64,000 nt of DNA from Octopus sinensis. Taxonomy: Eukaryota. The DNA is taken from positions 82,646,001 through 82,710,000 of the forward strand of contig NC_043003.1 of assembly GCF_006345805.1 (NCBI RefSeq), in the 5' to 3' direction. How positions within the stretch are numbered: the stretch's first letter is position 1; the number at the start of each line of letters is the position of its first letter. The position numbers were made by a program, and so were the translations under genes. Positions 53,771 through 64,000 of the stretch are shown here, piece by piece. The notes beneath the pieces were generated by a model. It was not told where the DNA came from. It saw only the letters and a list, made by a program, of their open reading frames with translations, and did no database searches.

Positions 53771-54776
53771 GCCTTGGTATTATCAAATATTAATGGAGAT
53801 AGCATGCTCTGCTCAGTTACGCACTTGACTAAAATCAAACAAACTGCTCTCACGCCAATATGGCATCATGCAACGCCTATCTAAATGTGACATTGAACTA
53901 TGCATTCTTCATGCATTAAATTTGAATACAGATGGAATAAGCATGACTGGAAGGTGTTGGATCATATGTGTGCTTGGTCAAAGTTGATCAAGGCTCAAAT
54001 CACAAGAATTATAGAATACACTTTTATAAACAAATATGTCTTTTGTCTGACTAGTTTCGGTGTTCGAATGCTTCTAAATCTATATATCTAGTGTCGATTA
54101 AACAACATGATGCACACCTAATCTCCTAGTCAACAAAGAAATCGATTTCCAGTTGCTTGACCTGACAGAAATAGTAAGCACAATATCCTCATCTTATGCA
54201 CTTCTAAATGTATGGAAGACATATGAGATAATAGAATCTTTATATATTTCTGAATAGAAGGATATTCAGGACTAGATACACTTTAATCGTAGCTCAGCTC
54301 CATTAGTGAATACCGATTTCTAAACAAGCAAAAGAAAGACACCAGAATCGAAAACTGACATGCGATACTCTCACATTTTCTAATAATTGCAAACACTTTC
54401 GGGGAAAGATCGTGTGTGTGATATAGAGAGCTAAAGAGGGAAAGAGAAAGAGAGAGAGAGAGAAAGTCAGAAGGAGAGAAACAAAGAAGAGAGAGTGCTT
54501 GATTACATGCAAGATCCACAAACCTTCACAAAACCACTTAGAAATGATTTGTGTTATGTGAATCTTCTGGAATTGCTGCAAAAACGGTAGAGTTTATCTT
54601 AGTTTCATACATGATAAACTCCGGAGAGCTTCCTCAAAAATCACACCAGTGATTAAATAAGCCAGAGCAAATACTTACAAAACTGAGATACAATTCTACT
54701 GATGGCTCCACATAGCTCAATGTGCATTTTATTTAAAGTAAGATCTCTCACCATTGAGAATTCATTTGTCTCATCA

Positions 54777-54974
54777 AAAGAAGAGTTTGAACATCAACAA
54801 AAGGAAATAGAAAAAGTCTGCAGCCCCTTCATCACAAAGCTCTATCAAGCTACTGGTGGTATGTCCGGTGGTATGCCAGGAGGTATGCCTGGTGCTATGC
54901 CAAATTTCGGAGGTTCCTCTAATGGTGCAACAAAAGGAGGAGGCAGTGGCCCTATCATTGAAGAGGTTGATTAA
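54777..54974 (+). pseudogene. HSP70: 3'-terminal fragment (or isolated last exon) of a cytosolic HSP70/HSC70
   Basis: [46 protein letters not shown]...SGPIIEEVD*: unmistakable HSC70-type C-terminus. The 25 upstream codons of the listed ORF are not HSP70-like, and I saw no other HSP70 exon in the window. Pseudogene status is inferred. Confidence 0.8.
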
Positions 54975-55031
54975 AACCTTCTTCATTCTATATTCTGGCC
55001 ACATCACATTGCTTCCCTCCTATATTTATTA

Positions 55032-55112
<81 letters not shown>

Positions 55113-55148
55113 CTGTTGTTGTTGTTGTTGTTGCTACTATTATTATTT

Positions 55149-55265
55149 GGTGAGAGAGCAGTGCATGCCATCAAAGTGACACTGGGGTAAAATATGCGAA
55201 GCCCGGTATACCATCATGACTACCCATCTAGAGTACTCTAGGCACATGCATCACTATTATTATTA

Positions 55266-55319
<54 letters not shown>

Positions 55320-55480
55320 GTTGTTGTTGTTGTTGTTGCTGTTGTTGTTGTTGTTGTTGCTACTATTATTATTTGGTGAGAGAGCAGTGCATGCCATCAA
55401 AGTGACACTGGGGTAAAATATGCGAAGCCCGGTATACCATCATGACTACCCATCTAGAGTACTCTAGGCACATGCATCAC
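55149..55480 (-). mobile_element. Two identical truncated family C fragments (55149-55254, 55375-55480) in a 226-bp tandem duplication
   Basis: Identical sequence including a private 14-bp palindrome; similar microsatellite blocks precede each copy. Confidence 0.9.
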
Positions 55481-55527
<47 letters not shown>

Positions 55528-55573
55528 GTTATTATCTGTTATTGCTATTGTTGTTGTTGTTGTTATTATTATT

Positions 55574-56146
55574 GAGTGAGAGAGCCGCGCATGCTATCAA
55601 AGTGACACTGGGGTGCAAATATATGAAGACCATTATACCCAACATGACTACTCGTCTGATAAGTGTACATTGGGCATATACATCACAACTGTATGTGCGC
55701 GACATGGTAATCTCATATTAAGATAAATAGCGCATGACATTGCATGTGTCTCCCACATGGAATTTTCTTCGATACGAATAATCCACCTGATCAAATGGTT
55801 CCTGAATAAGATTTATTTAAGGATGATGAACCAAAAAAAACATGCTTCCAGAGGTTAATTATCAAAATCCCCCCAATTAATTTCTCTCCCACTATTTCTG
55901 TTCCTGATCAAAGATGCACATATCGTCAGCCACTAAAGGTCATGCTCAGCTGGTTAAGGTCAAACAACTGACAAGCAAATCTGTGGTATTGAACAGAATA
56001 TTTACTGTAGCCCATCTTTTATACCAAGACAAAACAATGTATATGGTAACACTTCCAATCAGTTAAGATCAGAAACCATTGATAACACTTCCAGTCAGTC
56101 AAGATCAAAAGTCATTGATAACACTTCCAGTCAGTTACGATCAGAA
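55574..56146 (-). mobile_element. Family C element, diverged, with triplicated 36-bp 5' end
   Basis: Colinear with 57217-57740; unit starts at 56047, 56083 and 56119. Confidence 0.8.
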
Positions 56147-56214
56147 TCTATCTATTAATATTATTATTGTTTTTGTTATTATTATTATTTATTATCACAA
56201 TTTATTTTAGCTCC

Positions 56215-57155
56215 TGGAGTCTTGTGTGTATAGCGGGATTACTACGTTCAGCCTACAGTACGATGCTATTTGTTCTGGCAGCTAGTAGAGTCGTTTGTAC
56301 GTCGGCAAGCTGGCAGAGTCGTTAGTAAGCTGGGCTCATGTTTACAGCAACAGGAACATAGAATACATATTCTACTATTATCCAATGTAAAGATAGATGT
56401 TATGCTTGAGCACCTGGAACCTTGCCACCTGTTACCAAATTTACTATGCTATATGCCCTCTTCATCAATCTTGTACTTTCCCAATAATTCTGGTAATTCT
56501 GTTCCCGTATCTTATGCCCCCACCAATATCTTTCGGGTGCCGTTTCCAAAGCTTTGACAGTAAGTGGCAGTGTCTTCAGTTTTTTTTTTGTCTTCCACAG
56601 GTATGCTATCACGTATTTAAAATGATTATACACCTCTGCTTTCTCACATGTGGGAAAATGTTGATGGTAAGTAGTAACATACTATAAAGGTGGAGGTTTC
56701 AATCCCTTCCTGGAAGACTTGATATGTGTTTAAGATGAAGCTCTGGTAGAACAGTTACCACACTTGTCAAAATGCCTAACAGCATTTCATTGCTGTTTAC
56801 GTTCTGAGTTCAAATTCAACCGAGGTTAACTTTGTCTCTCATACTTTCGTTGTCAAGAACTGGGGTCGATGTCATCGTATATCCTTCTCTCCTAAATTTT
56901 AGGCCATGTGTCTATATTAGAAAGCATTATTATTACTTTTATCATTTTCATATCTAATATACTCGGCTTGTTGCAAGAAATATCGTCAGACACATTAAGG
57001 CCTGTGTTTAAGTTTTCCGATCGCTCTTTTTTCACTACAGCCATCTGTTATCTGGATTCGTATACTTTGGTATTTCTTTCAAGAATGTCTGTGCATCTTG
57101 ATATACTTTCATTTGTTTTTATATCTTCCTACTTGCTTTTATTTTTTGGGAGTCA
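56215..57155 (-). mobile_element. R4/Dong-like LINE 3' fragment interrupted by a SINE-A piece (~56745-56925)
   Basis: ORF 56400-56633 'YNHFKYVIAYLWKTKKKLKTLPLTVKALET' resembles the 'KYQDLK.EI.RLW...VIP...GALG' RLE tail; ends in an AAT-rich tail near 56160-56200. Confidence 0.5.
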
Positions 57156-57178
57156 TTACATTATTATTATTATTATTA

Positions 57179-57216
<38 letters not shown>

Positions 57217-57862
57217 GAGTGAGAGAGCAGTTCATGCCATCAAAGTGACACTGGGGTAAAATATACGAAGCCCAATATACCCATCATGACTACCCGTCTG
57301 ATAAAGGTACACCAGGCACATGCATCACAACCATATGTGCGCGACATGGTGATCTCATATCAAGATAACAGCACATGACCTTGCAGGTGGGGCCCAGTTA
57401 GAATTTTCTTCATTTTGAGTAGCCCATCCTGCTCAAACGGTCCCTGAATAAGGGTTGTTTAAGGATGTTGAAAGAACCACCCATGTTTCCAGAGGTGAAC
57501 TATTCAAACCCCAAAGAATCCCTCTCAACACATGGCTATGATGCTCCCCCACTACTTCTGCTCGTGATCAGAGATGCACATATCGTCAGCCACTAAGGGA
57601 CATGCTCAACTGGTTAAGGTCAAACAACTGACAAGCAAATCTGTGGTATTGAGCAGAATATTTGCTGTAGCCCATCTTTTATACCAAGACAAAACAATGT
57701 ACATGATAACACTTCCAATCAGTTAAGATCAGAAGCCATGAGAGCCACTGCCTGGTACTGCATCAGGGCATTTACCTGGTACTGCATCAGGGCATTGCCT
57801 GGTACTGCATCAGGGCATTTACCTGGTACTGCATCAGGGCATTGCCTGGTACTGCATCAGGG

Positions 57863-57866
<4 letters not shown>
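57217..57866 (-). mobile_element. Family C element, apparently full length (~540 nt) plus pentameric 5' extension, embedded in (TTA)n on both sides
   Basis: No coding similarity; (TTA)n at 57160-57216 and 57867-58010; five 23/24-nt units at 57751-57866. Confidence 0.85.
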
Positions 57867-57905
<39 letters not shown>

Positions 57906-57917
57906 GTTATTATTATT

Positions 57918-58012
<95 letters not shown>

Positions 58013-58013
<1 letters not shown>

Positions 58014-60257
58014 TTGTTGCCTTTGCACAGCTTCTAACACTGGAGATGTACTACGTTGTCTGCTGTTCACTACCAGTGAAATAAGGTAACACCTCATATT
58101 TTTCGAGGACCATCAGGAGTATTCGAGCGGTTCCGAGCAGTGCTGTTTTCTGCAAGTGCTCCACCCTCATTGCGTCCCCTATTTGTTCCATGTACTTCTC
58201 AAGATATTTATTCACTGTTCACAAGGCTCCGACAATTATTGGTAATACTACCACTTTTTCAGCGACAACAGCTGCTTAACCTCCAAAGATAACATGTTAT
58301 ATATATTGACTTTTCTTTCTTCCTTATCGCATAGCTTGTTGTCAGCTGGGCATGCTATATCTATGATCCAGTATAGTCTATTTTCTTTCGCAATTAAGAC
58401 TGGTTACTTATTCTCTATCACATTGTTGCACTGAATCATAAAATCCCATAGCTTTCGCGTTTATGTCCGTACTACTTTTTGCTCTGTCAAGTTCATACTT
58501 TTTGCAAAGTGCCCAATGGACAATCCATAGTATATTGCTATTATGACACATATTCTTTGCGGGCTAATGGCGTACATTGATGGTAATATACCATACCGTT
58601 TCACCTTTTTCTCCACAAATTCTGCCCTGATCACTTTCTAATGTGTTGTTCATTCTGTATTTCATATAGTTGGTTCTTAATGCTTGCTCTTGGACAAAGT
58701 TCGAGCCTCCGTTTCCGGTTTTAAATCACTTTTAGCCATTCATAGCCATCTTTTTTCTCTGTCTGTCTGATCTTCAACATCCATATGAAATTGCTCATGT
58801 ATTTTTTTCGTTATCCACCTATTTTCAGTTTCATTTGTTTTCAATTTCTTGTATAGTGTTTTATCTTTGCAATCTTTCATCCTACAGAAGCCTGACCTTC
58901 CTCCTTCAAATAATAGCGGTTCTGTGGCATTTTTTACATACCATGTTATGTTGTTTTCTTCTGCTCTTATGCTGTGTTCGCATCCAATAAGACATCTTCC
59001 ACCTCTTTTTCTTAATTCTCACAGTCTGCCTGTGTCAAATTTTAGGTGGAGTGTCCCATATATAGTTAGCAGCTTCCTTGTCTTTCGTTCGTCTACTCTC
59101 CATGCGATTATCCTTACTCCATATCTAAGGAGTGAAACAACCCAGGTTTTGATAGCTTCAGTCTTATTCCGACCGTTTAATTTCGACAACCTCCCCCGAC
59201 GATATCGTTAGCCCGTCCATACATTTGATTTTGCCTCTCTTCAAGACTAACATACCATTTTTTGTTGGCGGCTTTTGAATACATACCCAGCTTTTGCTTT
59301 CCTTAGAATCAGTGTTAGTGGTATTAGGCATAGTACAAAGATCAGTGGGGACAGACAATCCCCTTGGAAGATGCCCCTCCTATTTTCTACTCTCCCTAAA
59401 CTTCTTCCGTATGCTGTCAGGTCCGTCCTCCAATTCGCCATACTTTTCCCAAACAATCGCTCAACATTTGATACCATATCAAATCGGTCCATACACTCCA
59501 TTATCCAAGAATGTGAGATCATATCGTACGCCTTACGATAGTCGATCCATGACATGGCTAAGTTACTTTTCCTTTTCATGCAGTCGCTGAGAACATTTTT
59601 GTCTATCAGAAGTTGATCCTTGGTACCTCTGCACTACGCTTGCAATCCTTCTGCTTATGTCGCAGGACTCCATTTTTTCGTATGTTCGTTCATTGACTCT
59701 GCGAGCATTCCAGTCATAATTTCCACATAAGTGGTGGACAGGGTATCAGTCTGTAATTGTCTACCGTAAATCCTTTTTTTTGTGTTTTTCAAGCACAGCA
59801 CTGTCCTACCCAATGTCAACAACTCTTGTGTTACTTGGTCGGCAGTTAACAAGGTGTTGAGTTACGCAGCTATTCGTGCATAACATTCACCAAATATTTT
59901 GATCCAGTAGCCTTGAACTCCGTCTGGTCGCGGGGCCTTCCAGTTGCTCATTTTTTTGCTGATTTCATACACTTCCATAATTGAAATGACTACTTCTGCC
60001 TGTTTTGGACATACTACTGTTTGTTTCAGTTCTTGCAACTATTTAGCTTTCCTTCCTGTGCTCCTTGTCTTTGCTCCAGATGTCACTCCAAAGCCTTTGA
60101 CTTTCAATGTTATCTGTACACTCTCCATTTATTTCTTTACAGAATCTCTTCTGATCTACTCTGAATAAGCTATTGTGGTGGTAACCCTTCATTCTTTGGT
60201 CATATCTTACCATCTTTACTTTCTTTGCAATGAGGCGCTGTTTCGGTTCCTTCAATG
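58013..60257 (-). mobile_element. R4/Dong-clade LINE (RT + RLE), 5'-truncated, frameshifted, with (AAT/AAC)n tail
   Basis: 'NWKAPRPDGVQGYWIK', '[20 protein letters not shown]', '[22 protein letters not shown]' and C-terminal 'WDF.IQC...IIDIACPAD...PIIVGALG'. Confidence 0.85.
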
Positions 60258-60401
60258 CTACTTTCAGGTAATGTGTTCAAATTCAGCCGTTCAGGGCCGC
60301 ACTGGAATTGATGTAATCGACTTCTTCTCTTTCCCCGAATTTAAAGCATTTTGCTTCCAGAAGAAAGGATTATTATTATTATTATTATTATATTATTATT
60401 A

Positions 60402-60449
<48 letters not shown>

Positions 60450-61627
60450 CATCATCATCATCAATATTTTCATTATTATTATTATTACTATGAATATTAT
60501 CATTATTATTATTATTATTATTATTGGGAATTTTCTCTCATTATTAATTACAAGATATTACAATCTACTCTGGAAGAAAGACTGCATATAAATGCTATAA
60601 AGACTGTAACATGAGGTTGATTTGAAAGTAAAGCTATGAATCTCTCAACTACCATAGTTTCAATAATGTCTAGAATGTCACAGATTCATTAACTCTCAAA
60701 TTTTTATTTCAATAGTACAACATGTCGCCATCGTATTTCATTTGAGATCTCAAACATTCTAAAGTGCTAACAACAATGTAACATCAAACAATGTTAAGAA
60801 ACGAGCACATTTGACTTCTTCAGAGAGGACACAGTAAGATATAGAGAGAAATGGACAATGAAAGAGGTGACGTTATCGCGATATACTAGCGTAATGTTTA
60901 GAGCTCGGTAAACGGAGAATACAGATTCTAGTATTATCTAGTCTAAAGACAGACAGAAGAAAAATAATGTTAAAAAGGTGAATGACTTCTCAGTGATGCT
61001 GGGAATATAACACTGATGAAAATGTTGGCTGTCATTATATTAATATCTATGTGATCTAAATAGCCCTGGGTCAACATATGAGGTTATACAACTCTTCGGT
61101 TCCACAAGAGGTATGAGAGATCAAAAAAGATGAGATTTTCCCTTTATACAGTTTCTCCTCATAGTCATACACAGTTGGCGATGCAAAGATTTATACAAGT
61201 GGCTAGAGTCTTCTTAGTATTGCAGGATTTTTGGGGACATGGTAAGGGGAAACTGTAGAATCTTTGTTGTTTGCACTTTCAGAATGACAGAGTTTTAACA
61301 CATCACGTCATTATATTTGTTTACCGAGAATTTTTTGTAATGGCCTTACTATTATTATTGGTTTCATAAAATAAAATTAAATTTTGAAGCTCTAAAAATA
61401 ACTAAACAATTGAAAACAATATAAACAAGGTGAAGTAACAGATGTTATTGTCAGAAATGTAGCAAAAGAGATTGTATGAAGATACATCTATTTGATTATG
61501 TAACAAAGAATTTTACTCAACAGACAAACAGAAATTTGTAAACGCAGAACTATCTCAATCACAGCTATCATAGAGATATAGATACGATGAGTCAAGTATT
61601 CTTGTAATACGGTGAGTATATGTATGC

Positions 61628-61739
<112 letters not shown>

Positions 61740-61860
61740 GTGTGTGTGTGTTGAACAAAAACTCGATAAAGTATATTAAAACGTTCGGATAGATAGACGA
61801 CACAAAGGCAGACAAAAGGTGCAAAAATTAGGACAGGCAATAAAGACATTCTTTCCTCAG

Positions 61861-61894
61861 CCACGACCATTTCGGATAGTGACTCTTGAGTTGG
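61861..61894 (-). ncRNA. Degenerate minimal hammerhead-like motif
   Basis: ccaa-CTCAAGA-gtcactatcc-GAAA-tg-GTC-gtgg: core G5 changed to C, weak stem II, stem I 3 of 4 pairs. Confidence 0.3.
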
Positions 61895-62041
61895 TTCGAT
61901 CTGGTTGTCCCCAAAAAGGTCTAAGCTAAGAGCATTAGATCCCTTTGTAAGAAAGCTAGCGAATGTTTACGGCAACAAAGACAAAAAATCCCCCCCAAAA
62001 GAACATGATACAGTATTACGAATACAAATATATATATATAA

Positions 62042-62356
62042 GAAATATTGAATTTCTAAATCTCTCGTAGAGACATGTACGGTGGTGGGGCGATAGAATG
62101 GTTGTATACTGTCAATCTAACAAGAACGTGACAGTAGGGGGTACACCACCGCTGTATAGCCCTAGGAAGCATCGAACGCCTCCTGATGGCTTTGACACAT
62201 TTTTCCCTGTGTCCTTATATACATTTACGAAGGGGAGACAAACACCCCCGGCTGCCGGAACTGCATCTAGGGACACGTGTTTCAGGATCGTTGTCCTTCA
62301 TCGGCCTAGAGTAGCAGACACCGGTCAGCTGGTGATATTTGCATCGACTTCGTAAT
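62042..62356 (-). mobile_element. ~315-nt HHR-containing non-coding unit bounded by (TA)n (Penelope terminal repeat or retrozyme-like monomer)
   Basis: GC-richer island with sharp TA-repeat borders containing the HHR at 62260-62319. Confidence 0.5.
62260..62319 (-). ncRNA. Minimal type-I hammerhead ribozyme, CCGAUGA core variant, palindromic stem III
   Basis: ctgc..tctagg-CCGATGA-agga(caacga)tcct-GAA-ACACGTGT-C-cctaga.gcag: 6-bp stem I plus 4-bp extension, 4-bp stem II, self-complementary ACACGUGU, GUC triplet with predicted cut at 62272. Confidence 0.8.
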
Positions 62357-62505
62357 TATATATATCTATATTCAGTGAAGTCTATTCACTGATAAAAGAA
62401 ATTCCAACCTTGTCTGATTTTCACGTTTTATTTACAATCTTATATAAGATAATATAATATAATATAATAAAATAAAATAATAGAATGTAAAATGTTCATT
62501 CTGAT

Positions 62506-62550
62506 TGAACTAGAACTTTCATGCATTAAATTCTGCAATCTTCAGGTTCA
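62506..62550 (-). ncRNA. Minimal type-I hammerhead ribozyme in the Penelope 3' terminal repeat
   Basis: tgaac-CTGAAGA-t-tgca(gaatttaa)tgca-t-GAAA-g(tt)c-TA-gttca: 5-bp stem I, intact core, stem II with U.U at its base, CUA triplet with predicted cut at 62511. Confidence 0.7.
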
Positions 62551-62610
62551 TGTAGTAGTGGTGACAGTCATGCTTCACAATTTTTGACTGTAGCGAGATG
62601 ATTGAATCTG

Positions 62611-62727
62611 TGCCTTAAATACAGCTGTGTAGGCTCCAGATTGCTAGGTTTTGCAAACTGTATTCTGACCAATCAGTGTGTAGTATCATTCAATTACTTA
62701 AGCTGATTGGTTGGTTGAGCTGATTGG
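62611..62727 (-). promoter_or_regulatory. Putative Pol II promoter in the Penelope terminal repeat (two CCAAT boxes + TATA-like box)
   Basis: Minus-strand CCAATCAG at 62720-62727 and 62703-62710, an opposite-strand CCAATCAG near 62670, and TATTTAAG at ~62613-62620, about 60 nt upstream of the HHR. Confidence 0.45.
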
Positions 62728-62973
62728 TTTAGGCGTCACGCTTTGTTGGACATGTCAAGAGTCCTGTATCTTAACTCTGGCCGAGGCAGCAATTGTTGGG
62801 CTACTTTTAGAAATGTTGTAAATAGCCTTTGTCAGAGATTTTTATATTTTTATATTTCAATTGTCATCATCATCATTGTCAGCACCTTAATTATTGTTGC
62901 TAGTGGTGATGGTGGTGGCAATAGAACTTTTAACCCTAAATAAGATAATTTTCCTGCTATCTCAGTATTATTA

Positions 62974-64000
62974 TTATTGCTTATTTAGCTTGGGTTTGAA
63001 TTTATCAATAAAATTATTTTCTCTGATTTTCCTCTAGATTTCACTTCGGCTGTGTAAGTTGTAGAATGGAAATATTATATATATTTTCCGACCACATGTT
63101 GCTAGGTGGTTACTCAAAGGTATCTGACGGACCTCTGGGTCTCTAATCTGTTGTCGGTGTACACGTGAGCGTTCTGATAGTGCATTTCCCGTCTGACCTA
63201 CATATATTTCTTCACAATTTGGGCATTTGATGCAGTAAATTAAATTTCTGCTTTTGCAGTTCATATTCGCGTTTGTGAATATTTTCCCAGTTTTTGTGTT
63301 TATATATGTATGAATTGGCATGTGCCACATCGGCTAACATGGCATTTAGATACAGTGAATGTTTGGTCTTTGTTGCTAAGGTCAAATTTTGCCTTTGTTA
63401 GTAATTTTTCAAGTTTTCAGGCTGTCTTTTACTAAGAACTATAGCTCGATCCGTGATTATGTCTTTTAATTCATTACTTTGGGCAATGATTGGTAGGTTT
63501 GCTTTGGCAATGTTGAAGATATTCTGGTGACATGGGTTGTGTGTCACTATGAATGGTATGACTTGTTCTTGTTTTCCTCTTCCTTGGGTTGTCCTAAGTT
63601 GTTGTATGAGTATTTTTATAACCCGCTGTATGCCATTTTCTATAAGTAGAGATGGGTATTTTCGTTTGAGCAAAAATTCTCTTAGTTCTGTTAGGCGTTT
63701 GTTCCTGATATTTGCATCTTCTATAATGGTACAAATTCTTCTGGCTAGGCAGTATGGGATGTTGCGTTTTGTATGTGGTGGATGGCACGACTTAAAATTT
63801 AGGTATTGATGTGTGTCTGTGTGTTTATAGTATCTGTGGTGATGGTGGTGTCTTTTTTAATTACCACTATATCTAGGAATCGTAATTTAGTACTACTCAT
63901 CTCCTTTGTAAATTGGAGAGATGGATGTAGGTTGTTCAGGAGGATATTGAACTCTTCCAGAGTATTTAGAGATTCTGTGCAGATTATGAAGCAGTCGTCA
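62974..64000 (-). pseudogene. Disrupted Penelope-like RT/GIY-YIG ORF
   Basis: ORF-track pieces 63398-63673 and 63034-63330 plus manual translation; frameshifts near 63845 and 63400, premature stop at ~63034, natural end '...FIDKFKPKLNKQ*' at 62974. Confidence 0.85.

Larger units (their letters stand above)
62380..64000 (-). mobile_element. Penelope-like element (Neptune-like): RT C-terminus + GIY-YIG endonuclease + 3' terminal repeat; runs off the window
   Basis: 'DDCFII...LNNLHPSLQFTKE...FLDI', 'HQYLNFKSCHPPHTKRNIPYCLARR', Cys cluster 'CHVSRCGTC', then 'CKSRNLIYCIKCPNCEEIYVGQTG'; followed by a non-coding repeat with promoter motifs and an HHR. Confidence 0.9.

Noticed and set aside
54702-54776. 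ATG-initiated N-terminal 25 codons of the EEVD ORF as a real HSP70 start
   Set aside because: No HSP70 similarity; most likely intron or flank that happens to be in frame.
56047-57866. Short tandem units (36 nt x3; 23/24 nt x5) as CRISPR-like arrays
   Set aside because: No unique spacers, eukaryotic context, and the units are the 5' end of a retroelement.
60760-61330. Faint RTE-like RT remnants here and at ~6400-6650, ~7450-7850 and ~31300-31780 ('LEFADD')
   Set aside because: Single short motifs only; plausible but boundaries and identity are not supportable.

Overview
Eukaryotic, AT-rich, microsatellite-dense DNA made almost entirely of repeats. The SINE families and repeat landscape look like octopus/coleoid cephalopod (my recognition, not verified). 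I found no intact protein-coding gene; most ORFs in the track are microsatellite artefacts or decayed transposon pieces. Recognisable content: two tRNA-type SINE families, a (TAA)n-flanked non-coding element, many R4/Dong-like LINE fragments, RTE and Tx1/L1-like LINE remnants, three mariner remnants, hAT and piggyBac-like remnants, an orphan 3' fragment of a cytosolic HSP70 (GGMP repeats, EEVD) at 54777-54974, and a Penelope-like element (RT + GIY-YIG) at the right edge. The most interesting signal is a set of minimal type-I hammerhead ribozyme (HHR) motifs in Penelope-type terminal repeats. Two head-to-head palindromes (5390-5727, 24604-24993) carry an outward-pointing HHR on each strand. Three different HHR motifs lie co-oriented within about 700 bp downstream of the Penelope ORF; one has a CCGAUGA core variant and a palindromic stem III inside a ~315-nt (TA)n-bounded, retrozyme-sized unit. 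Minimal, dimer-cleaving HHRs in Penelope-like elements are an established class; their arrangement here and any activity are inference. All homology calls are by eye without database searches, and boundaries of decayed elements are approximate.
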